Virus record (IMG/VR): IMGVR_UViG_3300035670_000803 | Coordinates: 1 to 33,487 of that record | Source of the DNA: a virus | Taxonomy: Duplodnaviria > Caudoviricetes | Length of the DNA: 33,487 nucleotides | Direction: 5' to 3' (one strand) | Shown: positions 25,612-33,487 of the stretch, piece after piece | Layout of the letters: each line of letters begins with the position of its first letter | How positions within the stretch are numbered: position 1 is the stretch's first letter | Made by a program: the position numbers and the translations under genes | The notes under the pieces: generated by a model | The model's input: the letters and a program-made list of their open reading frames with translations, nothing else | Told to the model about the DNA's origin: nothing | Databases searched by the model: none

Positions 25612-25898
25612 AGAAATATTTTTTAATGACAAGTTATGGTGAGACTTGTGGTGATTTTTTTGAAGTAAGAGAAGATGAAGATGTAAAAGAAAAAGCTGTT
25701 GATGAATATTATAAGTGGGTAAATAACCCTAAATATTTTGATAGAAGTCAAGAAATACCAAAAGAAGCATTGTATAAAATGTTTGAAGATGATTCTGAAG
25801 AAGATGAAGGTGGTGAAACAATAAGTATTGTTGAAGTTGTAAATAAAGATTTTTATAATTCAGAAGAATGGGAGAAAATGAAAAATGAGAACAATTAA
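25608..25898 (+). CDS. Hypothetical acidic protein
   Basis: ATGA overlap; very AT-rich. Confidence 0.65.
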   Translation: MKKYFLMTSYGETCGDFFEVREDEDVKEKAVDEYYKWVNNPKYFDRSQEIPKEALYKMFEDDSEEDEGGETISIVEVVNKDFYNSEEWEKMKNENN

Positions 25899-26391
25899 AT
25901 TTAGAATTTGGAATTTAAGTGAAAAAAAAATGTATTCATCTGTACAAAGTTCTTTAGATACAAGAGGATTAAAACAAAATATAACAATTTGGGATGATGG
26001 AAGATGGGATTTTTACTCTGTTATAAATAATTCAGAAGTAAAAATAATAAATTCTCATAATCTAATTACTATAGATGATTATAATTGGGAGTATCAAGAT
26101 GCAGGAAATGTTTTAATGCAATTTGTAGGTGAAAGAGATACAAATTACAAAGACATATATGAAGGAGATTTAGTTAGATTAGATAAAACATTTAATGGTA
26201 AAGATGAAAACTCTGAAGTATTTGAAGTTGTTTATTTAGATGAAGATAATGCAGATGAATACCCAACATTTCCTGATACTTGCACCTATATCTTATTTAA
26301 CAGAGAAACAAAGAATTGGATAGATTTTCAATGGGATGATACAGATTATATGACAGTAATTGGAAACATTTATGAAGGGGTAAAAGAATGA
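25885..26391 (+). CDS. YopX family protein (second copy)
   Basis: IKFRIW...LMQF.G..D.N.KDIYEGDLV...VIGNIYE. Confidence 0.88.
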   Translation: MRTIKFRIWNLSEKKMYSSVQSSLDTRGLKQNITIWDDGRWDFYSVINNSEVKIINSHNLITIDDYNWEYQDAGNVLMQFVGERDTNYKDIYEGDLVRLDKTFNGKDENSEVFEVVYLDEDNADEYPTFPDTCTYILFNRETKNWIDFQWDDTDYMTVIGNIYEGVKE

Positions 26392-26651
26392 TTCCTCCAA
26401 TAACTAGCTTTTTATACCCAATATTATTTAAGTCAAAAAATACTACTGGCTATGGATATGATTTTACTGCTCTTCATCATATACCTGATAGAAGACAAGA
26501 CCTATTAGATGTTATTGATAAAAATTCTGAAAAAGAAAAAACTATTGAAGTAGAAAATAAAATAAATGATAACAACCAAATTATAGAGTTACAACAAAAG
26601 ATAATTGAACTACAAAAAAAAGTAATTGAATTAGAAAGTAAATTAAAATGA
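26388..26651 (+). CDS. Hypothetical protein with C-terminal heptad repeats
   Basis: IIELQQK-IIELQKK-VIELESK. Confidence 0.6.
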   Translation: MIPPITSFLYPILFKSKNTTGYGYDFTALHHIPDRRQDLLDVIDKNSEKEKTIEVENKINDNNQIIELQQKIIELQKKVIELESKLK

Positions 26652-28462
26652 GTGCCAAAATAGCATTAACATACATAGTAAAAGATAATTCAGAGTACAA
26701 CTTATTTGAGAAATCATTAGATAGCTTTATGCCCTTTTTTGATGGTCTTTATGTAGCAGTAACTGGCACATCTGGAGAACATGACAAAATACATAAATTA
26801 GTTAGAAAATGGAAAGGTAAGTCTATATCTACCACTCCAGAAACTCATCCAGCAATATATTCACAAGATGAGAATGGCAAATGGTTCTTTTCTAACTTTG
26901 CAGAAGCAAGAAAAGTATCATGGAGCATTGTAGATAAAGAATATGACTATCTTTCTTGGGCAGATACTGATGATTTATTACAAGGTGGTGTAGAGATAAG
27001 AAACATAGTAACCCAAGCAAAAGCACAGGGGGTTGATATGATTTTTTGTACCTACAACTATGCCAATGTCTTTGATGAAAAAGGCAGAATTAAAGAAGTT
27101 GTTATCAACCATGAGAGAGAAAGATTTATAAATCCTAAAAAGTATTCTTGGAAATCAAGATTACATGAGGTTTTAATTCCAAATCAAGGTGTTCCTATTA
27201 GAGCAGTTCAATATACTTATGACCCAAAAATAGGACAAAACTTGGTCTGGATTCATACAGCAGACATGGAAAAATCCAAAGGGGCTTTGATGAGAAATGT
27301 TGAGATTCTTGAAATACAAGCAAAAGAAGAAAACTATTCTGACCCTAGAACTGTATTTTATCTAGCTAAAACCTATTTTGATGTTGGTGGTGATGATAAG
27401 TTAAGACAGGCTGATGAGTACCTAGACAAATACTTGAAAGTATCTGGCTGGAATCAAGAAAAAGCAAATGCTTGGGAATACAAAGGCATGATTGCTCAAA
27501 GACTTAACAAACCAAAAGAAGAATCTCTTAAATACTTTTTAATGGCAAATACAGAATACCCTAAAAACCATACAGTTAATTTGAGAATTGCTGATTTATA
27601 CCTACAATTAAATCAAGATGATTTAGCAAATTACTACCTAGACCTTGTACAAAAGGTTTTAGGAGAGCATAAATCACAAGCAACTATAGGAAATCCTATG
27701 GAAATTAAACTTTTATTCACAACACTTAAATATCAACAAGCAATTAAAAATGGAAAACTTGATGAGGCTTGTGAATGGGCTAGACAAAGACATGAGGTAA
27801 TACCAGATGGTCTTTTAGATAGTGTTGTTGCTGAACAAAACAAACAAATGGTAGCAAAAGGATTTGTTAATTTTGCAACTTACCTTAACAAAGCAGGAAA
27901 ATATGAGGATGTATTAAAACTTCTTCAACTTGCTCCAGAAGAATACAAAGAAGAACAATTTTTGATGCAGATTGCTAATAATTTACCTCCTAAAAAATGG
28001 AGTGATGACTCTATAGTCTATTTTGCTTCATGGGGTGCTAAACATTTAGAAACTTGGAATGCCCATTCTCTTAAAAAGGGAATTGGTGGTTCAGAATCTG
28101 CAGTAATTTATCTTGCAAAAGAGTGGGAACAATTAGGATATGAAGTAACAGTATTCTGTGATACTCCAAAAACTGAAATGATTGATGGAGTTTTATATGT
28201 TCCATACTACTTAATGAACTTCAAAGATGAATTTAATACCTTAATTCTTTGGAGAAGCCCTCACTTACTTGATTTAGATATAAATGCCAAGAACTTATAC
28301 ATGGACTTACATGACATTGCAGACCCAACACAATGGACACCAGAAAGAATAAACAAAATTGATAAGGTATTCTTCAAAAGCACATGGCATAGAACTAATA
28401 TCCCACAATTACCAGACAGCAAAGCAGTAGTTATTTCAAATGGAGTAGTAGAAAATGATTAA
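26648..28462 (+). CDS. GT2 glycosyltransferase + TPR repeats + N-terminal half of a GT-B (GT4-like) domain
   Basis: IVKD, NFAEAR, WADTDD (DxD), RER, LHE; TPR-like 'PRTVFYLAKTY'; C-terminal GIGGSESAVIYLAKE..GYEVTVF...S.WH...VISNGV. Confidence 0.85.
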   Translation: MSAKIALTYIVKDNSEYNLFEKSLDSFMPFFDGLYVAVTGTSGEHDKIHKLVRKWKGKSISTTPETHPAIYSQDENGKWFFSNFAEARKVSWSIVDKEYDYLSWADTDDLLQGGVEIRNIVTQAKAQGVDMIFCTYNYANVFDEKGRIKEVVINHERERFINPKKYSWKSRLHEVLIPNQGVPIRAVQYTYDPKIGQNLVWIHTADMEKSKGALMRNVEILEIQAKEENYSDPRTVFYLAKTYFDVGGDDKLRQADEYLDKYLKVSGWNQEKANAWEYKGMIAQRLNKPKEESLKYFLMANTEYPKNHTVNLRIADLYLQLNQDDLANYYLDLVQKVLGEHKSQATIGNPMEIKLLFTTLKYQQAIKNGKLDEACEWARQRHEVIPDGLLDSVVAEQNKQMVAKGFVNFATYLNKAGKYEDVLKLLQLAPEEYKEEQFLMQIANNLPPKKWSDDSIVYFASWGAKHLETWNAHSLKKGIGGSESAVIYLAKEWEQLGYEVTVFCDTPKTEMIDGVLYVPYYLMNFKDEFNTLILWRSPHLLDLDINAKNLYMDLHDIADPTQWTPERINKIDKVFFKSTWHRTNIPQLPDSKAVVISNGVVEND

Positions 28463-28589
28463 TACATTAGAACAAATAATGAATATGACTAAAGAGCAAT
28501 TAAGAGCTTTAGATGACAGCCAAAAGGCACAAGTCAAAGCAATTCTTGAAGCTGAAATAGAGAAAATTTTACAAAGGAATAAAAAATGA
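28455..28589 (+). CDS. 44-aa helical protein between the GT-B halves (not in ORF track)
   Basis: MINTLEQIMNMTKEQLRALDDSQKAQVKAILEAEIEKILQRNKK; SD ggag; overlaps both neighbours. Confidence 0.6.
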   Translation: MINTLEQIMNMTKEQLRALDDSQKAQVKAILEAEIEKILQRNKK

Positions 28590-29155
28590 AACCATTTAGA
28601 CTGCTTTATGCATCAAGTCCAGATAGAGGTTTAGAGCATTTGTTAAGAATGTGGCCTCAAATAAAAGAAAAAATCCCTACAGCAGAGTTACATTTTTGCT
28701 ATGGGTGGAATATGTTTGACAAAGGATACTCAAATAATCCTTATATGATGAAATGGAAAGAGAAAATGCTTGAGTTACTTAAACAAGATGGAGTTACTGA
28801 CTATGGAAGATTATCCAAAACTGACCTAGATGAGCTAACAAAGTCTTGTGATGTGTGGGCATACTACTGCACATTTGATGAAACTAATTGTATTACAGCT
28901 CTTAACTCCCAAAGACTTGGGTGTGTTCCAATTACAATGAAGAGAGCAGGACTTATGGATACAGTTTATTCTGGAATCATGATTGATGGAGATGGCTTTG
29001 AACCAGAAACAAAAAAGAAATATCTTGAAGCATTAGTTTATGCTTATGAGAACCCAGAGTGGCTCAAAGCAGAGGCTGAAAAAGGTAAGACTGGCATTAA
29101 GAATTTTTACTGGAAAAAAATTGCATTACTTTGGGGGAGAGAATGGCTCAATTAA
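28586..29155 (+). CDS. C-terminal (nucleotide-sugar binding) half of a GT-B / GT4-like glycosyltransferase
   Basis: LLYASSPDRGL..LL..WP.I...P.AELH, GR....L, Y...F.ETNCITAL..Q..GC.PI. Confidence 0.85.
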   Translation: MKPFRLLYASSPDRGLEHLLRMWPQIKEKIPTAELHFCYGWNMFDKGYSNNPYMMKWKEKMLELLKQDGVTDYGRLSKTDLDELTKSCDVWAYYCTFDETNCITALNSQRLGCVPITMKRAGLMDTVYSGIMIDGDGFEPETKKKYLEALVYAYENPEWLKAEAEKGKTGIKNFYWKKIALLWGREWLN

Positions 29156-29790
29156 ATGCAAATATTCCTTATGTTGGGTGTTTTATAAGAAAAGAATATA
29201 CAGGGCATTCTGACAATTTAGAGGGTTACATTTTTGGTGTTAAGTCTATGCTTAACAGACCAATGCACTTTCATTTCTTATCAAAAATAGGAGCAATTTT
29301 CTACAATATGCCAATAAGTGCATTTGCACACCTAGAAGATTTTGATGTGCTTTCAGATGATGAGGAAAAAAGATTATCTTTACTTCAGACTTGGGATTGC
29401 CAATCAAACAACATAGCAGTTACAACATTTGCTTTCTTACAAAACAAAAGAGTTGATGTTCATTGCAGAGATGGGGTTTGGAGAAGTGGTAAATACTTAT
29501 TTACTATTGATGACTATGAGGGTGATTTGAATGAACTTAATGTAGGATACTCCAATGACCCAGACAGCAAATGCTACCAGTTTATAGTTCTTGATGATGG
29601 TAACTTTTGTATCCAGCCAAACAACCTTTTGAGATGGCATAACCCAGACTTCATTATTCCTTATGATAAAAACAATGTTCCAAGACTTAAAGTATTCAAA
29701 GAACAACTAACAAGTGAGGATATTGATAGAACTTATGGGAACTCACCTTACTATTTTTATAATGAGGAGAAGTTAGATGAACAACACTAA
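29143..29790 (+). CDS. Conserved phage hypothetical protein
   Basis: 'LNANIP....IRKEY', 'PISAF', 'LQ.WDC', 'G.YLFTID', 'GNF..QPNN' pattern; function unknown. Confidence 0.7.
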   Translation: MAQLNANIPYVGCFIRKEYTGHSDNLEGYIFGVKSMLNRPMHFHFLSKIGAIFYNMPISAFAHLEDFDVLSDDEEKRLSLLQTWDCQSNNIAVTTFAFLQNKRVDVHCRDGVWRSGKYLFTIDDYEGDLNELNVGYSNDPDSKCYQFIVLDDGNFCIQPNNLLRWHNPDFIIPYDKNNVPRLKVFKEQLTSEDIDRTYGNSPYYFYNEEKLDEQH

Positions 29791-30649
29791 AATTGCAGTA
29801 GTATGGACAGATAAAAAAAAAGTAGAAAGTTATTTTATCCCTAACTGGGCTGTTAAGATGTCCAAGTTTTTCCCTAAAAATTATGAATTTGCTTACTTTG
29901 CATTAACTGATACTAACTCTGCTGTTTATAGAGAAAAAGAAAACTACACTATCTGGTTAAAACCAGACCTTAAGACTTTGCACTATGGGGTTAATATGTT
30001 TTATGAACCAGACATCCTAATCATCATTGGAACATCAAACTTTAACTTTGAGAATTTATTTGGAAATCAAAAGAAAAAAATCTATATTCATAAAGGTATA
30101 ACTCATAAAACAAAGGACACTAATCTTTTTGATGCAGTAATTGTTGAAACTGAAGAAGATAAAAAGTTTTACAAAAATAGCATTGTCCAACCTGTAGTTG
30201 ATGAAGAAAACTTTACTGATTTGAATATACATAAATTCTTTAGTGTCTGCTACCCACAAGAAATAACAGAAAATAATTTTGAGTTTTTTGCTAATGTCAG
30301 ACTTTATGGCTCAATATCAAACTCATTATCTACAACTGTAAAACTACCTCTTTATAGGAGTGATATTCTAAATTTAATAATTAACCAGTCTAAAGTTTTG
30401 TCTTTACTTGAAGAAGAAGATTCATTTGAGCTAGCCTTATCATCACTTTCTTGCAACACCCCAGTTGTAGCATTAGACACAATTAAAGCATCTAAAATAC
30501 CAGCTGTTATGAGTGCTAAATATGATGCACAGGACTTTATAAAGCAGACAGTAAATGCAGTAGATAATTGTTACAATTACAGAGAGGAATACATTTTGCC
30601 AAACTTTACTGTAAAGCACATGGCAGATACTATAAAATCAATACTATGA
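29777..30649 (+). CDS. Divergent GT-B-like protein
   Basis: Two-Rossmann size, 'VDE..F' linker, 'LSSLSCNTPVV' resembling E.A..G.PVV; catalytic residues look degenerate. Confidence 0.45.
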   Translation: MNNTKIAVVWTDKKKVESYFIPNWAVKMSKFFPKNYEFAYFALTDTNSAVYREKENYTIWLKPDLKTLHYGVNMFYEPDILIIIGTSNFNFENLFGNQKKKIYIHKGITHKTKDTNLFDAVIVETEEDKKFYKNSIVQPVVDEENFTDLNIHKFFSVCYPQEITENNFEFFANVRLYGSISNSLSTTVKLPLYRSDILNLIINQSKVLSLLEEEDSFELALSSLSCNTPVVALDTIKASKIPAVMSAKYDAQDFIKQTVNAVDNCYNYREEYILPNFTVKHMADTIKSIL

Positions 30650-30864
30650 CAAAACATCCTAAAGTAGAAGTCAATGAAAAGGTACTTAAAAACTTTTTGC
30701 CTCAATTAACCAAAGACCAAATAACTACTCTGATGTTAGAAACATTGACTAAAGAAGATTTAATCCAAGCAATTATATTTACATGGAATCAAAGAAACCT
30801 AACCACTAATGACAGGTTAGAAAAATATTTTAATAGGAATTTCAAACATGAAACAAATTTTTAA
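30646..30864 (+). CDS. Hypothetical protein
   Basis: ATGA overlap at 30646. Confidence 0.55.
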   Translation: MTKHPKVEVNEKVLKNFLPQLTKDQITTLMLETLTKEDLIQAIIFTWNQRNLTTNDRLEKYFNRNFKHETNF

Positions 30865-31345
30865 GGGAATGAAAATTGACATTGGTGCTGGTAACCCTGC
30901 AGAGGGAGAGAACCAAGCAGGTGCTGGTTACTTACTCCAAGATGTAGATGCTCATGAGGGCATTGATATTGTTTGTGATATAAGAGATTTGAAAGAAACA
31001 ATTGGAGAAAATATGTGTTCAGAGATAAGAGCATCCCATGTATTAGAGCATTTTCACAGTAAAGAATTGAACACAAAAATACTTCCAATGTTAAAAGACT
31101 GTTTAGAAGTTGGTGGGATACTTAATATTATTGTACCCAATTTTGAGTGGCATTGTGATTTGGTTAGACAAGGTCATGATGAGAAAGCAGTATTCTATGC
31201 TTTTGGTGGAGGTCTTGATAAGTTTGACCATCACTATACAGGATGGACTCCAAGACTTGCAGTTAAGTGGCTAACAGATGCAGGATTTGGTATAGATGAC
31301 ATTTATGTAGATAGTTGTGTTCATGTAAAGGCAAAGAAAATATGA
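30848..31345 (+). CDS. Class I SAM-dependent methyltransferase (glycan / small-molecule type)
   Basis: IDIGAG, D.VCDIR, ASHVLEHF, L..GG.L.I.VPN; no DNA-MTase catalytic motif. Confidence 0.8.
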   Translation: MKQIFKGMKIDIGAGNPAEGENQAGAGYLLQDVDAHEGIDIVCDIRDLKETIGENMCSEIRASHVLEHFHSKELNTKILPMLKDCLEVGGILNIIVPNFEWHCDLVRQGHDEKAVFYAFGGGLDKFDHHYTGWTPRLAVKWLTDAGFGIDDIYVDSCVHVKAKKI

Positions 31346-32157
31346 TTTCAGTTTTATATATTTCAAATAGATATGGTGGTTTAGATATTCTAAAAGCAAA
31401 TTTAGCAAGACAAACAATTCAGGATATTCAACTTGTATTTGTTGATGGTTTGTATCATGAAAGAAAAGAAGAAGTTAAAAGTCTATTTCATAGATTTAAT
31501 ATAGAACACATTGACCAGACAGTTTTACCTATGGATGGTTACCTTTCAAGACTTGCAAGAGCAGATAATTTAGGCTTTAAGAATTGTGATGGGGATTTAA
31601 TAGTTTGTTTGCAGGACTATATCTACATTCCTCATGATGCTTTAGAAAAGTTTGCTTATATAAATGAAATGGAAAATGGGAATGCATTAATTACAGGAGT
31701 AGGACATCAATATTCATCACCAACAGCAGATGAAATTGTAAATCCTAAAGGGTTAATTTCTGTCTTTGCACAACCTTACACATTAAAACCAGAAAATAAA
31801 TTCTGGCAAGACCCAAGAGAGAATGGATTTAAGGGAGTAAGACCTGCTGAACCTGTTGAATGGGAATTAAATTGGGCTTGTATCTCAAAGAAAGCAATTA
31901 TGGATTTAGGTGGAATGGATGAGGAGTATGACAAGAGAGGTTTTGCTTGGGATAACACAAACATTGCTGAAAGAGCAAAGATTTTAGGTTACAAAATCTT
32001 GCTTGATGGTTCAAATGAGTGTTATGGTTTTGACCATGATGGTTGGTGGCCTAACCCTCTTAAGGTAAATAGAATATCTCCAGCTGAATATCATTTTCAA
32101 CAAATAGGTAAGATGAAAAGTGGTGAAATCTCTGCAAGGTTGAATTATCTCTCCTAA
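31342..32157 (+). CDS. GT2-family glycosyltransferase
   Basis: ISV..., LARQT, VFVDG, ARADNLG...GDLIVCLQDY, GGMDEEY..GF.WDN. Confidence 0.85.
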   Translation: MISVLYISNRYGGLDILKANLARQTIQDIQLVFVDGLYHERKEEVKSLFHRFNIEHIDQTVLPMDGYLSRLARADNLGFKNCDGDLIVCLQDYIYIPHDALEKFAYINEMENGNALITGVGHQYSSPTADEIVNPKGLISVFAQPYTLKPENKFWQDPRENGFKGVRPAEPVEWELNWACISKKAIMDLGGMDEEYDKRGFAWDNTNIAERAKILGYKILLDGSNECYGFDHDGWWPNPLKVNRISPAEYHFQQIGKMKSGEISARLNYLS

Positions 32158-32169
32158 AATTGTATTCCT
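32140..32169 (+). promoter_or_regulatory. Putative late, leaderless promoter TTGAAT-N17-TATTCCT
   Basis: ATG 32175 lies 35 nt after the start of TTGAAT. Confidence 0.6.
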
Positions 32170-32174
32170 AACTT

Positions 32175-32564
32175 ATGCTAGGCTCACAAGATATTAAAAA
32201 AGTAGAATTAGAATTACAAAACAACCCTGTTGATACACAGGCAAATACCCCTAGTGAAACACCTCAAGAACCAACACCTCAAACAATAGTTCCAAGAGAT
32301 GTTGTGTTAAATAAACTTGCAGAAATGTTTGGAATACTTAACTCTGAAGTTGGTAAATACAATGCAGATTTAGATAGAATTGTTGAGTATGCAAAAGCAA
32401 GAGGTGCTACAAATCTTGATGAGATTATGTTTAGAGTTAGAGAAGTTTCTGACTCACTTGCTAATAATATGAGTGAAAAAAAGATTAAAACTGTTGCAAG
32501 GTATTTATTCCTACTTGGGGATAAAGCAAAACTTGAACAAGATATTGAAAGGATGAAAGCCTAA
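32175..32564 (+). CDS. Hypothetical protein
   Basis: 129-aa ORF after the promoter motif. Confidence 0.7.
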   Translation: MLGSQDIKKVELELQNNPVDTQANTPSETPQEPTPQTIVPRDVVLNKLAEMFGILNSEVGKYNADLDRIVEYAKARGATNLDEIMFRVREVSDSLANNMSEKKIKTVARYLFLLGDKAKLEQDIERMKA

Positions 32565-32890
32565 TGCCTCCAATTACAAGACCAGACATGATAGGTTCAG
32601 GACACAATTCTCCAGAAGCATGGATGATGTGGGAACAATTTGGTCATGTAGGTAACTCACAGGATGGTGAGGGATACCAAAGAATCCAAAAAACTAATGA
32701 ATCTATAAGAGTTGATGACACAGGCACTTATGTCTATGTAGGATATGCTAAAACTGGTTCTACAACATCAACTGCAGTATGGAAAATCTTTAGAGTAACA
32801 ACAACTAACCCAGTTGCCATTGAATACTCTGATGGAAATGCTTTTTATGACAATATTTGGGATAACAGGGCAAGTTTGACATACCTATGA
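32564..32890 (+). CDS. Probable small virion/tail protein
   Basis: 'YVG.A..G..TS.AVW.I.R......YSDG...YDNIWDNRASLTY' pattern often found next to tail fibres. Confidence 0.6.
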   Translation: MPPITRPDMIGSGHNSPEAWMMWEQFGHVGNSQDGEGYQRIQKTNESIRVDDTGTYVYVGYAKTGSTTSTAVWKIFRVTTTNPVAIEYSDGNAFYDNIWDNRASLTYL

Positions 32891-33487
32891 CAGTATTTTT
32901 TGATTACATTTTAGGTGAATTAAGGCTTAAAGATACCTCTGGAGGTGGGGGTAGTGCTGGTTCTTTGGAAGCTATACAAATAGACCAAAGTGGTGGTACT
33001 GCTGATACTTATGGAGTTTTATCAGGAACTATAAATGGTTCAAATACCACATTTACTGTTTCAAAGACTGAATATTTAACAGGAACATTAAGAGTATTTT
33101 TAAATGGACAATTACAAACACAAGGTACTGCAGAGGACTGGGTAGAAACAACACCTGCTTCAGGTACATTTGATTTTAATACAGCACCTCAAAGTGGTGA
33201 TGAGATAACAGTTGTATATAACTACCCAGCAACTGGTGTTATTGATTCACTTGTTGTTAATAATTTAAGTGTTAATTCTACTGCTTCTATAAATGTGGGA
33301 TACTTTAACAATATCTATGCTTCTACAATCTCTACTGGAAACCTTACTACAAATAATATTGCTAATCATTCAACTATTTCTACAAATCTTATCTTTACTA
33401 ATGGGATTATTGCCTCAACTGCAACTATTGGTACAGCACATATCTCAAACATTGACTGGAATCTAACCTCTGGAGCAACTCTTGCTA
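32887..33487 (+). CDS. N-terminal part of a tail fibre; 3' truncated (not in ORF track)
   Basis: Open from ATG 32887 to the window end; 'G.INGSNTTFT......G.LRVFLNG.LQ..G..DW.E......F.F.TAP.SGD.I.V.Y' module followed by S/T/N-rich repeats. Confidence 0.75.
   Translation, partial: MTVFFDYILGELRLKDTSGGGGSAGSLEAIQIDQSGGTADTYGVLSGTINGSNTTFTVSKTEYLTGTLRVFLNGQLQTQGTAEDWVETTPASGTFDFNTAPQSGDEITVVYNYPATGVIDSLVVNNLSVNSTASINVGYFNNIYASTISTGNLTTNNIANHSTISTNLIFTNGIIASTATIGTAHISNIDWNLTSGATLA

Noticed and set aside
26575-26640. IIELQ.K repeats as a DNA repeat element
   Set aside because: Explained by coiled-coil heptads; the nucleotide copies are degenerate.
30848-31345. Methyltransferase as a DNA methylase explaining the motif avoidance
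   Set aside because: It lacks DPPY/NPPY or PC motifs, has the SHVLEH signature of glycan/small-molecule MTases, and sits among GTs.
1-33487. Alternative genetic code (stop-codon reassignment)
   Set aside because: Genes tile densely in the standard code; TGA, TAG and TAA all end genes at sensible positions, often overlapping the next ATG.
1-33487. Avoidance of all palindromic restriction sites
   Set aside because: GGCC, AGCT, TGCA, GTAC, CATG, AAGCTT and GCWGC all occur, so the avoidance is motif-specific.

Overview
AT-rich, near-complete genome of a tailed dsDNA phage with podovirus-like (P22/SU10-type) organisation, in the standard genetic code and opened inside a tail-fibre gene. Gene order: tail/adaptor genes and lysis (1-6.1 kb); two converging early operons with ssDNA-annealing, YopX, replication-initiator, nuclease and Mor-like genes (6.4-11.6 kb); terminase, portal and ejection proteins (11.7-21.2 kb); small basic proteins and an XRE/HNH insert; scaffold and major capsid; a glycosyltransferase/methyltransferase cluster (26.6-32.2 kb); and the start of the tail fibre. 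I saw no integrase, DNA polymerase, DNA methyltransferase, tRNA or CRISPR array. Main observations: (1) two candidate structured antisense RNAs (about 6205-6293 on minus, about 25145-25207 on plus), each with two segments complementary to the 5' region of one of the two early operons; (2) no CG dinucleotide found in the window, plus avoidance of GATC, GGWCC, CCWGG and GAAGG, strong enough to nearly remove Pro-Gly from the proteome; (3) a repeated promoter-like motif TTGAMA-N17-TATTNNT before virion genes, mostly leaderless; (4) a probable virion-glycosylation cluster with a split GT-B enzyme; (5) an ART-like domain in the large ejection protein. All motif counts were made by eye and all family calls come from motif recognition, not searches.
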